Source: Candidatus Bathyarchaeota archaeon (GTDB lineage Archaea > Thermoproteota > Bathyarchaeia > Bathyarchaeales > DTEX01). Taken from it: a DNA stretch of 64,000 nt. Under the pieces are notes generated by a model. That model was given only the letters and a program-made list of their open reading frames with translations. It did no database searches and had not been told where the DNA came from. This document shows, piece by piece, positions 47,298-57,085 of the stretch (positions within the stretch are counted from its first letter, which is position 1; every line of letters begins with the position of its first letter). Position numbers and translations under genes: made by a program. Where the stretch lies: positions 128,001 to 192,000 of the forward strand of contig CAVQNT010000003.1 in NCBI GenBank assembly GCA_963714275.1. The letters run 5' to 3'.

Positions 47298-50031
47298 TTG
47301 TTATTATTGATGAACAAACAAAAAATAATTATTGTTATTCTTGGGGTGATTTTGTTGACCGTGTTTATTGCGAATACTATGCTGCAAAGTAAACCAGAAC
47401 AGAAGCTTTTTCCGTTTTATCTGCCTTGGGACGATTCTGAAGAGACAATCGTGAGTCTTAGCCATTATCTGAATAAACCAGCAGGAAGGCTTGGAAGGGT
47501 TCAAGCTGGCACAGACGGTCACCTTTACAGTGGCGGAGATAGAATAAAATTTTTGGGAGTAAATATTTGTGCTGGAACTGCTTTTCCCGAAAAAGAAAAA
47601 GCTGAACAAATTGCTGCGAGACTAGCTAAATATGGCATTAATGTTGTTCGGTTCCATCACATGGACGCTGCTTGGGAATCCTTTAACATTTTTGACCGAT
47701 CTTATGGAAATACTAGGCATTTGAGTGAAGAGGCTCTTGATCGTTTAGACTATTTTATAGCTAGCCTTAAAAAAAACGGCGTATACGTGGACCTTAATCT
47801 TCTGGTGTCCCGAGGGCTTTCAAGTGCAGATGGATTGTCATCAGAAATTGATTTAGTAGATTGGAAGGACCAGCAGGTATTAGGGTTCTTTATTGACGAA
47901 GTCCAAGGACTTCAAAAAGAGTATGCCAGACAACTTTTAACTCATTACAATTCCTACACTGGATTAACTAATGCTGAAGATCCAGCTGTAGCGTTTGTGG
48001 AAATAGTCAATGAGCAAGGCCTGATACAAGGCTGGCTTAGCGGAGTAATCGACAGGCTTCCACAAATTTATAAGGACCGATTATCAAAACAATGGAACCT
48101 TTTTCTAAAACAAAAATATGGATCAACAGAGAACCTAACAGCGTCCTGGAACGAAGGGCAAGGACTCCCGCAGGTGGAAATGCTGACAAACGGTTATTTT
48201 ACACTAGGCTTAGAAGGGTGGGTTGTAGAAACGCATGAACCAGCAAGCACATCCTATGAAGTTACATCTGGATCTGATGAAAATAATGTTCTTAGAATAA
48301 CAGTCACTAACCCTGGAATGGCAGGATGGCACGTTCAATTCAATTACCCAACTTTGGCAATAGAGGCTGAAGAAAGTTATTTTGTTCGGTTCAAGGCCAG
48401 AGCTGACCAGCCTGTAACGTTAAGTGTTGGAATAGGGCAAGCGTATGAGCCTTGGTCATCTCTATCTAACACGGTATCAATTGATTTGACGACTGAATGG
48501 AAAGATTATGAGATACCTCTCATAGCCTCAGAGTCTGACGATAACGCTAGACTGAGCATATCAAACTTGGGAACAACGACTACCACGTACCAATTCTCCT
48601 GTTTCTCTATGAAGCCATTCAAAGGCTATTCTCTGAAAGAAGACGAAACTCTTGAGCTTTCTTCAGTCAGAATCTTCACGCTTGATGTATTTGGGAGTAG
48701 GACTCTGAATGCTAAAAGGGATTGGGTAGAGTTTCTTTATGGGCTAGAGGAAGAGTATTTTTCTGGGATGCGAAGATACCTGAAAGAGGACCTTGGAGTA
48801 CAATCCCTCATCATAGGAACAATAGTGGGTTGCAGCACACCTAACATAATGGCTCAGCTTGACGTTGTCGATACACATTCTTACTGGCAACACCCCTCGT
48901 TTCCCGGCGTGTCATGGGACTCAAACAACTGGTATGTCATAAACGAACCGATGGTCAATTATTTGAATACCAGCACAATTCCCGGACTGGCTTTAAAAAG
49001 AGTCTATGGTAAACCTCTTTTTGTGACTGAATACAACCATCCATCGCCTAACATGTATGACGCTGAAACCGTAGTTACCTTGGCAACATATGCCGCGCTT
49101 CAAGATTGGGATGGAATCTTTTTGTTTGATTATGGCAGCCGAGATAACTGGGACTCAAGAATGATTAGAAGTTACTTCGACAATGACCAGCATCCACTTA
49201 AAATGGCGTCATTGATACCTGCGTACATGATTTTCGTAAGGGGAGACGTCAAACCGCTAACAATTTAGTAGCTGAAAAGTTGAATGAACATGAAGAAATT
49301 GACTTTATTGCGAAAGGAAGAGCGAACGCCTGGACCCTTATCGATGGTAAGACCCTTGGAATACAATCATATATGCCGCTCTTTTATAAAACTGCCATTT
49401 TAGTTGAGGGAATCACTGAACCCGAAAGGTTTCTAACACCACAAGAAGTAGAGACACTGGTTCAGTCCACGATTCAGATACCGGTGAAATAGTTTGGGAC
49501 ATTTCAAACGGGGAACATGGCGTATTACTTGTTAACACCTCTAAAAGCGTAGCAGTCATAGGGTTTGGATGTGGAAAAAAGTTAAATTTTGAAAACGTCG
49601 CCATTGAACCAGGAAAGACGTTACTTGACACTTGGAGCATTATGACTCTTTCAGTGATTGATGGAGAAAGTTTCGACAATTGGAACTCTTTGCTTCTCGT
49701 AACAGCTGGCTTTTCTACAAATAATGGCTCGACCATACGTGAATACCAAACTGGAAACATTTTAGTAACAGGATCCATGAATACATCACAGATCACACAA
49801 TACAATGGAGAGATCACGTGCGCTAACACTTGGGGACAGGCACCCACACTTGTCGAAGGAATCCCTGGCGTAGTCTGGGTTCGAACCTCAAAAGACATCG
49901 AAGTTTGGGCTTTGAATAATAAAGGCGAAAGAGTACAAGAAGTGCCTGTCTCAACAGAAGGCGAATACAAATTGTTTACAATAAGGTCAGAGTACAAAAC
50001 CATATGGTATGAAGTTACAGTTAAAAGCTAG
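47298..50031 (+). CDS. Membrane-anchored clan GH-A glycoside hydrolase (GH148/GH5-like) with inserted CBM4/9-like module; two frameshifts
   Basis: N-terminal TM, FLGVNI, GINVVRFHHMD, EIVNEQG (acid/base), VTEYNHP (nucleophile), CBM-like NGYFTLGLEGW...WHVQF...FKARAD; ORFs 47298-49268, 49280-49492, 49642-50031. Confidence 0.78.
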
Positions 50032-50122
50032 ATACTTACGCCACTCGATTTTTACACACACGAATATTTTTATTTATTTTATAATTCAGAAACAGCAAAG
50101 GTTTTATCTTTACTTTTTTTAA

Positions 50123-51037
50123 ATGTCATTCCGTCTTGGAGGAATGTCTTTGAAGATAATAGGATGCCCCGGTTCATTTGAATTGGCGGGCAAAATTAGT
50201 ATTTTAACAACTTGGCCGAGGTTTTTAATCGATACGAAAAGGTTTCCTGATGGAGAATTCTATTTTAGGTTCGAAGAAAATATTTCTGGGGAAGAACTGC
50301 TTGTTGTTCAGAGCTTGTTTCCGTCGCAAGATACTCATTTAGTTGAACTTTTTTTGATTCTTCAAACGGCAAGATACCTCAAAGCTAAATCAATCAATGT
50401 CTTCATTCCTTACTTGGCTTATAGTCGACAAGATGAACGATATCTGGACGGAGAATGCTTAAGCGCAGGTCTGATAGCTGAACTGCTGCAACACCTGGGG
50501 GCTGACTCCCTTTATACAATTGACGTGCACAACCAAAATGTTTTAAACATGTATAAAATTCCTGCTTATACCTTATCAGCGTCAGCGGAACTGGCAAAAT
50601 ACTTTGTTTCAAAAAACCTCAAGGATCCGTTTGTTGTTGCTCCTGACGATGAAGAGATGGCTTTGAAACGGGCTGAAACTGCTGCAAAAAGTATTGGCGC
50701 TGAATATGATTTTTTCGAAAAAAGCAGAGACCGTCACACCGGTGATATCATAACGCATTCAAAGAAGGTTAACGTAAAAGGTAGAGACGTAATAATAATC
50801 GACGACATCATAAGCACTGGTAAAACTTCGGCTAATGTAGCAAAAATACTTAAAAAGCAAGGAGCACGAAGAGTGTTCATCGGAGTCTCGCATGCGCTAC
50901 TTTTGGGGAACGCTTTGAAACTCTTAACTTCTTCAGGAGTAGATGAAATTGTTGGAACAGATAGCGTGGCCAATAGTTTTGCAAAGGTCTCCGTCGCACC
51001 AATATTAACTAAAGCTCTAAAAACATGTAATAAATAA
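50123..51037 (+). CDS. prs: Ribose-phosphate pyrophosphokinase
   Basis: RFPDGE, PYLAYSRQD, IDVH, VAPD, IIDDIISTGKT. Confidence 0.92.
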   Translation: MSFRLGGMSLKIIGCPGSFELAGKISILTTWPRFLIDTKRFPDGEFYFRFEENISGEELLVVQSLFPSQDTHLVELFLILQTARYLKAKSINVFIPYLAYSRQDERYLDGECLSAGLIAELLQHLGADSLYTIDVHNQNVLNMYKIPAYTLSASAELAKYFVSKNLKDPFVVAPDDEEMALKRAETAAKSIGAEYDFFEKSRDRHTGDIITHSKKVNVKGRDVIIIDDIISTGKTSANVAKILKKQGARRVFIGVSHALLLGNALKLLTSSGVDEIVGTDSVANSFAKVSVAPILTKALKTCNK

Positions 51038-51177
51038 AATTTTATATGTAAATATCTATAATCTTTTTTGTGAGATTAAGGATAGCTCACTAATTTTTAA
51101 CATTTTTTTAAAAAAATGTTAACTAAAGTTATATGGTTTGGTTGTGGAATAATATTTTCTTTTCAATTATACAATAT

Positions 51178-51453
51178 TTATATTTCTATTAACTTTTTTT
51201 GACCTATGCCAGTTAATACCCAAATATATGGTTTTTTACTGTTTCTTTTAATAATATTTTCGTTTTCCAATAAATGTAAATGATGCAGAATTGAGGAGTA
51301 GTGAATCCCAGTTTTTTCGTTAATTGCCTTTGCGGTACATTGGAGTATATCTAGGGTTGAGACTATTTTTGTTCTTGTCACAAGCCCCTTTTTTACATTC
51401 TTTGTTTTTATCAAAAAGGCTTTTGGATGATAATAATCTCTAATCATTTCCAT
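51178..51453 (-). CDS. Small winged-helix DNA-binding protein
   Basis: TAKAINEKTGIHYSSILHHLHLLENENII...PYIW. Confidence 0.7.
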   Translation of the reverse strand: MEMIRDYYHPKAFLIKTKNVKKGLVTRTKIVSTLDILQCTAKAINEKTGIHYSSILHHLHLLENENIIKRNSKKPYIWVLTGIGQKKLIEI

Positions 51454-51486
51454 TAGAATTATGTAGGGAAGTTGAATAAAAAATTT

Positions 51487-51798
51487 TTATTCTGTATGGA
51501 TTCTACAAAGAATGGTTGTGGACCATTTTTCTATCGTTCGCCCCATCGTCCTTTTGTAAGTATTTTGGGCGATCTCTTTTCTTTTATCTGCACAGTTTCG
51601 GCATCTTTCGTGTCTCATGTCAGATGGTCCATCACATTTTCCACAGTTGAGAAGTAACGTTTCCCCTAGCCCCTTCAAATCAGTCCAAGCATATTCTCTT
51701 TCGTCGAATTCGGGTTCAAAGTCTGGCCATAGATCATAAATATTGTTTTGTTTCATGGCTTCCTTTAAAGATGTAAAATAATGCTCAAATGAAGTCAT
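51487..51798 (-). CDS. Small Cys-rich hypothetical protein (CxxC...CxxC)
   Basis: NCGKCDGPSDMRHERCRNC; GGAGG RBS; follows GGGP synthase. Confidence 0.65.
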   Translation of the reverse strand: MTSFEHYFTSLKEAMKQNNIYDLWPDFEPEFDEREYAWTDLKGLGETLLLNCGKCDGPSDMRHERCRNCADKRKEIAQNTYKRTMGRTIEKWSTTILCRIHTE

Positions 51799-51821
51799 GG
51801 TGTTTTGCCTCCTTTTTATTA

Positions 51822-52592
51822 TTATTTTCTATTGTTGACTCCTTCTTTTATACCTTCCATTATTTCAGTAATTTTATTTTTGATAGATTCTTTTGCTGTT
51901 TTTTCGAAAATGGTGCTAGTCACAATAATGTCTGCACCGGCCGAAACGATATCTCTAGTTTGTTCGCCTGTTCTAATTCCACCTCCTACAATTAACGGGA
52001 TACCGACAACTGTTTTTACCATACGTACCATTTCAGTTGGAACAGGCTTGCCTACACCTGACCCCGCTTCTAAATAAATGAAGCGCATACCAAGATATTT
52101 TGCTGCTAAAGAATGAGCGACTGAAAGTTCAGGTTTATTGTTTGGAATTGAAATGGCTTTTCCGATTACTGCAGCAGCTCCGCCTTCTCCAATTATGAGA
52201 TAGCCTAGCGGAATTACTTCTATCCCATATTTCATGACTAAAGGGGCAGCGAGTACTTGAACGCCCATTATAAAATATGGATCTAAAGAATTGAGAAGAG
52301 ACATAAACCATATAGCGTCCGCATGTTTGCTTATGCCTGTTAAATTGTTAGGAAAAAGAATGATTGGAATCTTTACACACTTTTTTATTGCTTTGACTGT
52401 TGAATCCAAATGACATGACGATGTTATTGTAGAGCCACCTATCATTATAGATGAGCTTCCACATGCTTCGCACTCTTCTGCTAAAAAGGATGCTTCATCT
52501 TGACCAATCTTTTCCGGATCTATAAGGGTCATGTGTATAGCACCATTTTGCTTAATTTTTTCTAAAATATACTTCTCGGTTTTTCCAATCAT
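51822..52592 (-). CDS. Geranylgeranylglyceryl phosphate synthase (group II)
   Basis: HMTLIDPEK, IMIGGS, ILFP, MSLLNS, YLEAGSG, VGGGIRT. Confidence 0.92.
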   Translation of the reverse strand: MIGKTEKYILEKIKQNGAIHMTLIDPEKIGQDEASFLAEECEACGSSSIMIGGSTITSSCHLDSTVKAIKKCVKIPIILFPNNLTGISKHADAIWFMSLLNSLDPYFIMGVQVLAAPLVMKYGIEVIPLGYLIIGEGGAAAVIGKAISIPNNKPELSVAHSLAAKYLGMRFIYLEAGSGVGKPVPTEMVRMVKTVVGIPLIVGGGIRTGEQTRDIVSAGADIIVTSTIFEKTAKESIKNKITEIMEGIKEGVNNRK

Positions 52593-52615
52593 TCAATGTA
52601 CCCCTTGGACCTCGG

Positions 52616-52843
52616 TTATTTATAAAATTCGTCAATAAACTTACAATAGACATCAACTTCTTCAGATGAAGGCTTAACTGATATTTCTTTAATGAGACCA
52701 CATCCTCCACATTTTAATATGCCCTTTTCTTCTTTAGCGTTTATCTCAACTCTTAATGCTTCTCTTCCACATTTTGGGCATAGAAAAATTTTTGGTAGTC
52801 TTTTCTTAGGAATTCTGACGACCTTTCTTCTGCGTCTTCCCAT
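52616..52843 (-). CDS. elf1: Transcription elongation factor Elf1
   Basis: MGRRRRK...[11 protein letters not shown]...CGGCG...VDVYCKFID. Confidence 0.88.
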   Translation of the reverse strand: MGRRRRKVVRIPKKRLPKIFLCPKCGREALRVEINAKEEKGILKCGGCGLIKEISVKPSSEEVDVYCKFIDEFYK

Positions 52844-52926
52844 GGTAATTCGCCGTAATAGTATGACTTTGTTTGACACTTAAAGATTTGTGATTTGAAC
52901 ATTTTATAAAATTTTGTTAATTTAAT

Positions 52927-53002
52927 ATCATAAGCAAATCACATTGCAGATCATATGTAACATCACGACTGTTATCACAAATTATATCACGCTAAGCATC
53001 AC
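52927..53002 (+). repeat. Phased array of seven ATCAY pentamers with 12-bp period
   Basis: ATCAC/ATCAT start at 52927, 52938, 52950, 52962, 52974, 52986, 52998, with non-conserved spacers. Confidence 0.85.
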
Positions 53003-53257
53003 AGTCGGGGTTGAAATCAAAAGTATTCAATACATAATTAAGTGTATATTAAATTCAATGCTCTTTTAATAAAAAATCAAAGACGTCCTTTAAGTAGAGT
53101 GGTATTATTAATTCATTATAATTATAATGTATAATTAAATATAATCCTTTATAAGATATTAAAAAATGTTTTGCCTAAAAAAAGTTAATGAAAATATTTA
53201 TATTATGCAAAAAAAGATGTGTATACAAAGTTGTATTCTTCTTAAGGGTCGGTTAAG

Positions 53258-53749
53258 ATGGTTAATCCCAATACAAAAGAAAGTATTAGAAAATGGTTAA
53301 TAGGCATCTCTACAGATCCAATTGCTAAATCACTTTTAGAAAATAGTCATTTAACCAAAATACAATTAGAAACATTCTTAATTGATGTTTTAGCTGGAAA
53401 AACAACTCGTAAATTTTTGACATATGAAAAAAAGGCTAATATGAGGTTAATAAAAACAGGTGTAAGTCGCGGAGCATTTAATCGAACTCTCTCTCAAGCC
53501 AGAAAAAACATCATAAAATCAATATATACTTTAATTTTGTTAGGGTATCTTGGTTTATTTGAAACTACTAATCTTGAGCCTTACGTAGAAATTGCTAACA
53601 GAATACAGACTTATACCGAAGCTTACAGGGAACTTCTAACATCAAAAAAAGCTTCAGATGAACATCTCCGTATCATAAATATGCTTCAAAACGAGATAGA
53701 GAAAACTTTACAGCAATTATCACGACCTAAAGAAATGTCAAGAAAGTGA
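53258..53749 (+). CDS. Hypothetical HTH-like protein
   Basis: 163 aa; SHLTKIQLE...LTYEKKA...VSRGAFNRTLSQARKNI resembles a helix-turn-helix. Confidence 0.7.
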   Translation: MVNPNTKESIRKWLIGISTDPIAKSLLENSHLTKIQLETFLIDVLAGKTTRKFLTYEKKANMRLIKTGVSRGAFNRTLSQARKNIIKSIYTLILLGYLGLFETTNLEPYVEIANRIQTYTEAYRELLTSKKASDEHLRIINMLQNEIEKTLQQLSRPKEMSRK

Positions 53750-53945
53750 CATCACATATCACAATTTTAATGTTACATAAAATTTTGTATGATGTGTTTT
53801 TTATGAAAATTATGACGTGATAATCACGCTTGTGAGTAATATTTGTTATATTGTGAGATGATTTTGTTTTTTTGTGATACGAAAACTTTATTAAAAATAT
53901 GTGATTTCTTTTAATACTAATGTGATATGTGATTTATGATGTCAC
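53746..53945. repeat. Dense cluster of GTGAT/ATCAC motifs
   Basis: ATCAC at 53751 and 53758; palindrome CGTGATAATCACG 53816-53828; GTGA at 53832, 53853, 53874, 53901, 53922, 53929; ATGAT at 53936. Confidence 0.75.
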
Positions 53946-53964
53946 AATGAATGGAGAAAAATGA

Positions 53965-54657
53965 ATGATTGATATCTTTGCAGCAATATACGTTTTTCTT
54001 TTCCTTTTCACATCATGCATGACCCTCTCTTATTATCTAAAAATTAAACAGGCTTCTAAAGAATACATGAAAGCAAAAAAAGCATTGGATGAGATAATAA
54101 TCAGTTTTAATAAGGAACTTCGAACTGAGGATGAAAAAATTCGAGACCTTGAACAAAAAAATAACTCAAAAATTGTGGAAGCGCTTGACGCTGTGACCCG
54201 TATTGAACCGAAAATAACAAATTTAGAAGATAGACTAAAGAAAATTGAAGAATCTGCAACAATAGTCAATAATCATAAAAAAAACACCAAAAAAATGATT
54301 AATAATACATTAAGCCAACAAACTGAACCTATAAAAGAAACTATCATGACTTCTGTGGCTACAAACGGTTATGAAACCAATGAAAAATTAGACGTTTCCC
54401 CAATTCCTTTAAGAAGAGAAAGCGCCCTTGCCTCGCTTACAGAAACTGAATTAAAAATATTAGAGCTATTAGCTCAGCAAGGCGAGAAAACAGCTGTTCA
54501 GATACGTAATGAAATAAAATTAACTAGAGAACATACGGCACGACTTATGAAAAAGCTGTATGTCAGTGATTATGTGGAACGACGAACGGATCGAACACCG
54601 TACGTTTATCGTCTGAAAAAGGAGATGGAGACCCTTTTGAACGCGAATGACTCTTAA
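53965..54657 (+). CDS. Membrane-anchored coiled-coil protein with C-terminal winged-helix domain
   Basis: N-terminal TM (IFAAIYVFLFLFTSCMTLSYYL), heptad-rich middle, LTETELKILELLAQQGEKTAVQIRNEIKLTREHTARLMKKL...PYVYRL. Confidence 0.8.
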   Translation: MIDIFAAIYVFLFLFTSCMTLSYYLKIKQASKEYMKAKKALDEIIISFNKELRTEDEKIRDLEQKNNSKIVEALDAVTRIEPKITNLEDRLKKIEESATIVNNHKKNTKKMINNTLSQQTEPIKETIMTSVATNGYETNEKLDVSPIPLRRESALASLTETELKILELLAQQGEKTAVQIRNEIKLTREHTARLMKKLYVSDYVERRTDRTPYVYRLKKEMETLLNANDS

Positions 54658-54666
54658 TTTAGGGAT

Positions 54667-55077
54667 TTAACGATTTTTTATGAAATTTCTTAATTCTTCA
54701 GATACAAGCCTGAAAAGAACTTTGTTTGAATTCTTTTCTTTTATTAGTATTCCCTTGTCAGATAATCTGGATAAGTATGTTGAAATAGTGCTTAAATCGA
54801 TTTGTTCTCCCGTTTCCTGATTATACGTTAATTGTGCTTCACTGGCAGAAAATTTTGTTAAAAGAAAATGTTTTTCGATTATGAATCTGACTTTATCAAT
54901 TTTTGAAAATCCTTCAGTTTTTTGAGGATTGTTCTCGAATGCCGGTATTCCTCCAAGTAGCTCAATCATGTCTAAAATTCGTAGAGCGCTTTTTCTAGTT
55001 ACATTTCCTTCAACGCTAACTTTATACCTATTTCCTGTTTCATCGAAAACTTCGACTCTCATTTTCTTAAGGGGCAT
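54667..55077 (-). CDS. Winged-helix protein adjacent to the origin
   Basis: C-terminal LSTISTYLSRLSDKGILIKEK...FRLV wHTH; N-terminal beta-beta-alpha domain. Confidence 0.75.
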   Translation of the reverse strand: MPLKKMRVEVFDETGNRYKVSVEGNVTRKSALRILDMIELLGGIPAFENNPQKTEGFSKIDKVRFIIEKHFLLTKFSASEAQLTYNQETGEQIDLSTISTYLSRLSDKGILIKEKNSNKVLFRLVSEELRNFIKNR

Positions 55078-55199
55078 AATTGATACTGCCTATTATTTTG
55101 TATTAGCGTTAAGTATTTACATTTTACAACCTATAAAGAATTCGGTTAATAAAAAAAGATAAAAAGCAAAAAAATGAAACGATTTTAAAATAAAGGGAT

Positions 55200-55680
55200 T
55201 TTTAAGCATATTTGATTTAACACCATTAACAATAGATTCGTTTTTTAAAAAAGTGATTAAATAAAACTTAGTCTTATTTTCCACAGGAAAGGGAGGGGTA
55301 ACAAATTAACTTTCTAAAAGAAGAAAAAAATGACAGATTAATTAAAATTGGGCTAAAAAAAGAGAGTTTGATGCCCTAAAACATATTTTAACAGAATAGT
55401 AAATAAGAAAAAAAAATTATATTTTATTAATAAAACTGATTTTAATTCAATATAATATATTGTATTTTTAGTAATCCCTCACCCCTATGTTTCCTTTAGA
55501 ATGTTATAAAATTAAAATTTTAAAAAATATATTTATTATTTATTATTCATTTTTTGAAGAATATAAAATAATTTCTGTAGTGGAAATATAGGGGGCTGGA
55601 TTCTCTAAAAAATATATTAAGACTAGTTTATTTTTTTGTATAGTTCCCCTTATTTTCAGTTTTACGAATTTTAGATTTCA
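55200..55680. other. Probable replication origin (oriC) with ORB-like elements and AT-rich unwinding region
   Basis: TTCCACAGGAAAGGGAGGGGT (55279-55299, +), TTCTAAAGGAAACATAGGGGT (55481-55501, -), CTGTAGTGGAAATATAGGGGG (55575-55595, +); very AT-rich spacers; directly upstream of cdc6. Confidence 0.8.
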
Positions 55681-55693
55681 CTAAAAATTCCTA

Positions 55694-56953
55694 ATGAGGA
55701 TTGATATGATTCTTCAACAAAACGTGCTAGACGATGTATTCAATAAATTTTTAAAGGGTTCAGTCATTTTTAAAAAGAGAGAGGCACTTTGTCATGATTA
55801 TATTCCTGATTCTCTTCCACATAGAGAAGATCAAATACGATATTTGGGTGAAATGTTAGCTCCTGCACTCAAAGGTTCAATATGTTCTAACATTTTGATT
55901 TATGGAAAAACGGGAACAGGAAAAACAGCGGTTGTTAATTATGTTCTTAATAAGCTTAGAATAAAAGCTGATGAATTATGTTCAAACGTTAAAGTTAGTT
56001 TTATTAATTGTCGTTTGGTTGGCACAGAATATAGGATTTTTTCATATTTATGTTCCAAACTTGATACAGAAATTCCCTTTACCGGACTCGCTTTAGGCGA
56101 AGTATTTGATCGTTTCAAAAAATCATTAGATTCAAAAAAAGTTCTTCTTATCGTGGCCTTAGATGAAATTGATGCAATTATAAAGAATCGGGGGGACATA
56201 CTCCTTTATGAATTAACTCGAATAAATGAAGGACTAACAAATAGTAAAGTAACAATTCTCGGTATTTCTAATGATTTAAAATTCAAGGAATTATTGGATC
56301 CTAGAGTACTTAGTACATTAAGAGAAGAGGAATTAATTTTCCGACCTTACAATGCAGAAGAACTTCATGATATACTATTCGAACGTGCAAAGGTTGCTTT
56401 TCAGGAAACAGTGCTAGACAAAGGGGTAATTGATTTATGTTCCGCCCTTGCTGCTGCTGAGCATGGTGATGCTCGTCGAGCATTGGACCTTTTAAGAGTC
56501 GCAGGTGAGGTAGCTGAGAGAAGAGGAGACAAGTTCGTTAATGAAGGGCACGTTCGTGAAGCGCAAACAAGAATTGAGCATGATAGAATATTAGAAACCA
56601 TAAAAAGTTTACCTATACACTCACGAATTGTGCTTCTAAGCGTATTTCTTCTAAAAAATTCAAATGTTGACCACTCAATTACTGGAGATATTTATAACAT
56701 ATACTGTGAGATGTGTGACGAAACAGGGTATACGCCACTCACGCAAAGAAGGGTAAGTGGTTTAATCAGCGAACTTGACATTATGGGACTTTTGAATTCT
56801 AGAGTAATCAGTCTAGGTCGTTATGGAAGGACAAAGAAAATTAGCCTAGGGATTCCAAGCCGAATCATTAGGCAATGCTTCTTAGGAGATGACAGATTCA
56901 AAAAAATGATTGATTACTGTCCAAAATATTTAGTGAACCTTAAGAATAATTGA
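55694..56953 (+). CDS. cdc6: Orc1/Cdc6 replication initiator
   Basis: LPHREDQI, Walker A GKTGTGKT, Walker B LDEID, HGDARRALDLLR, C-terminal wHTH GRYGRTK. Confidence 0.96.
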   Translation: MRIDMILQQNVLDDVFNKFLKGSVIFKKREALCHDYIPDSLPHREDQIRYLGEMLAPALKGSICSNILIYGKTGTGKTAVVNYVLNKLRIKADELCSNVKVSFINCRLVGTEYRIFSYLCSKLDTEIPFTGLALGEVFDRFKKSLDSKKVLLIVALDEIDAIIKNRGDILLYELTRINEGLTNSKVTILGISNDLKFKELLDPRVLSTLREEELIFRPYNAEELHDILFERAKVAFQETVLDKGVIDLCSALAAAEHGDARRALDLLRVAGEVAERRGDKFVNEGHVREAQTRIEHDRILETIKSLPIHSRIVLLSVFLLKNSNVDHSITGDIYNIYCEMCDETGYTPLTQRRVSGLISELDIMGLLNSRVISLGRYGRTKKISLGIPSRIIRQCFLGDDRFKKMIDYCPKYLVNLKNN

Positions 56954-57085
56954 TTATTATAGACCGCTTTAAATATTTTATAAAAAAATGGTCATAATTA
57001 ATCAAATAATAAGTTGGTCATACAACTTTATATTTTCCATTGAACTATTATTCTATTTATAATATACCGTTTTTGAGGGAATCAT

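Noticed and set aside
10600-50100. Integrated mobile element at tRNA-Leu
   Set aside because: No integrase, transposase or duplicated tRNA 3' end found by eye
52927-53945. CRISPR array interpretation of the periodic repeats
   Set aside because: The repeat core is 5 bp with 7-bp spacers, far below CRISPR dimensions, and there are no cas genes
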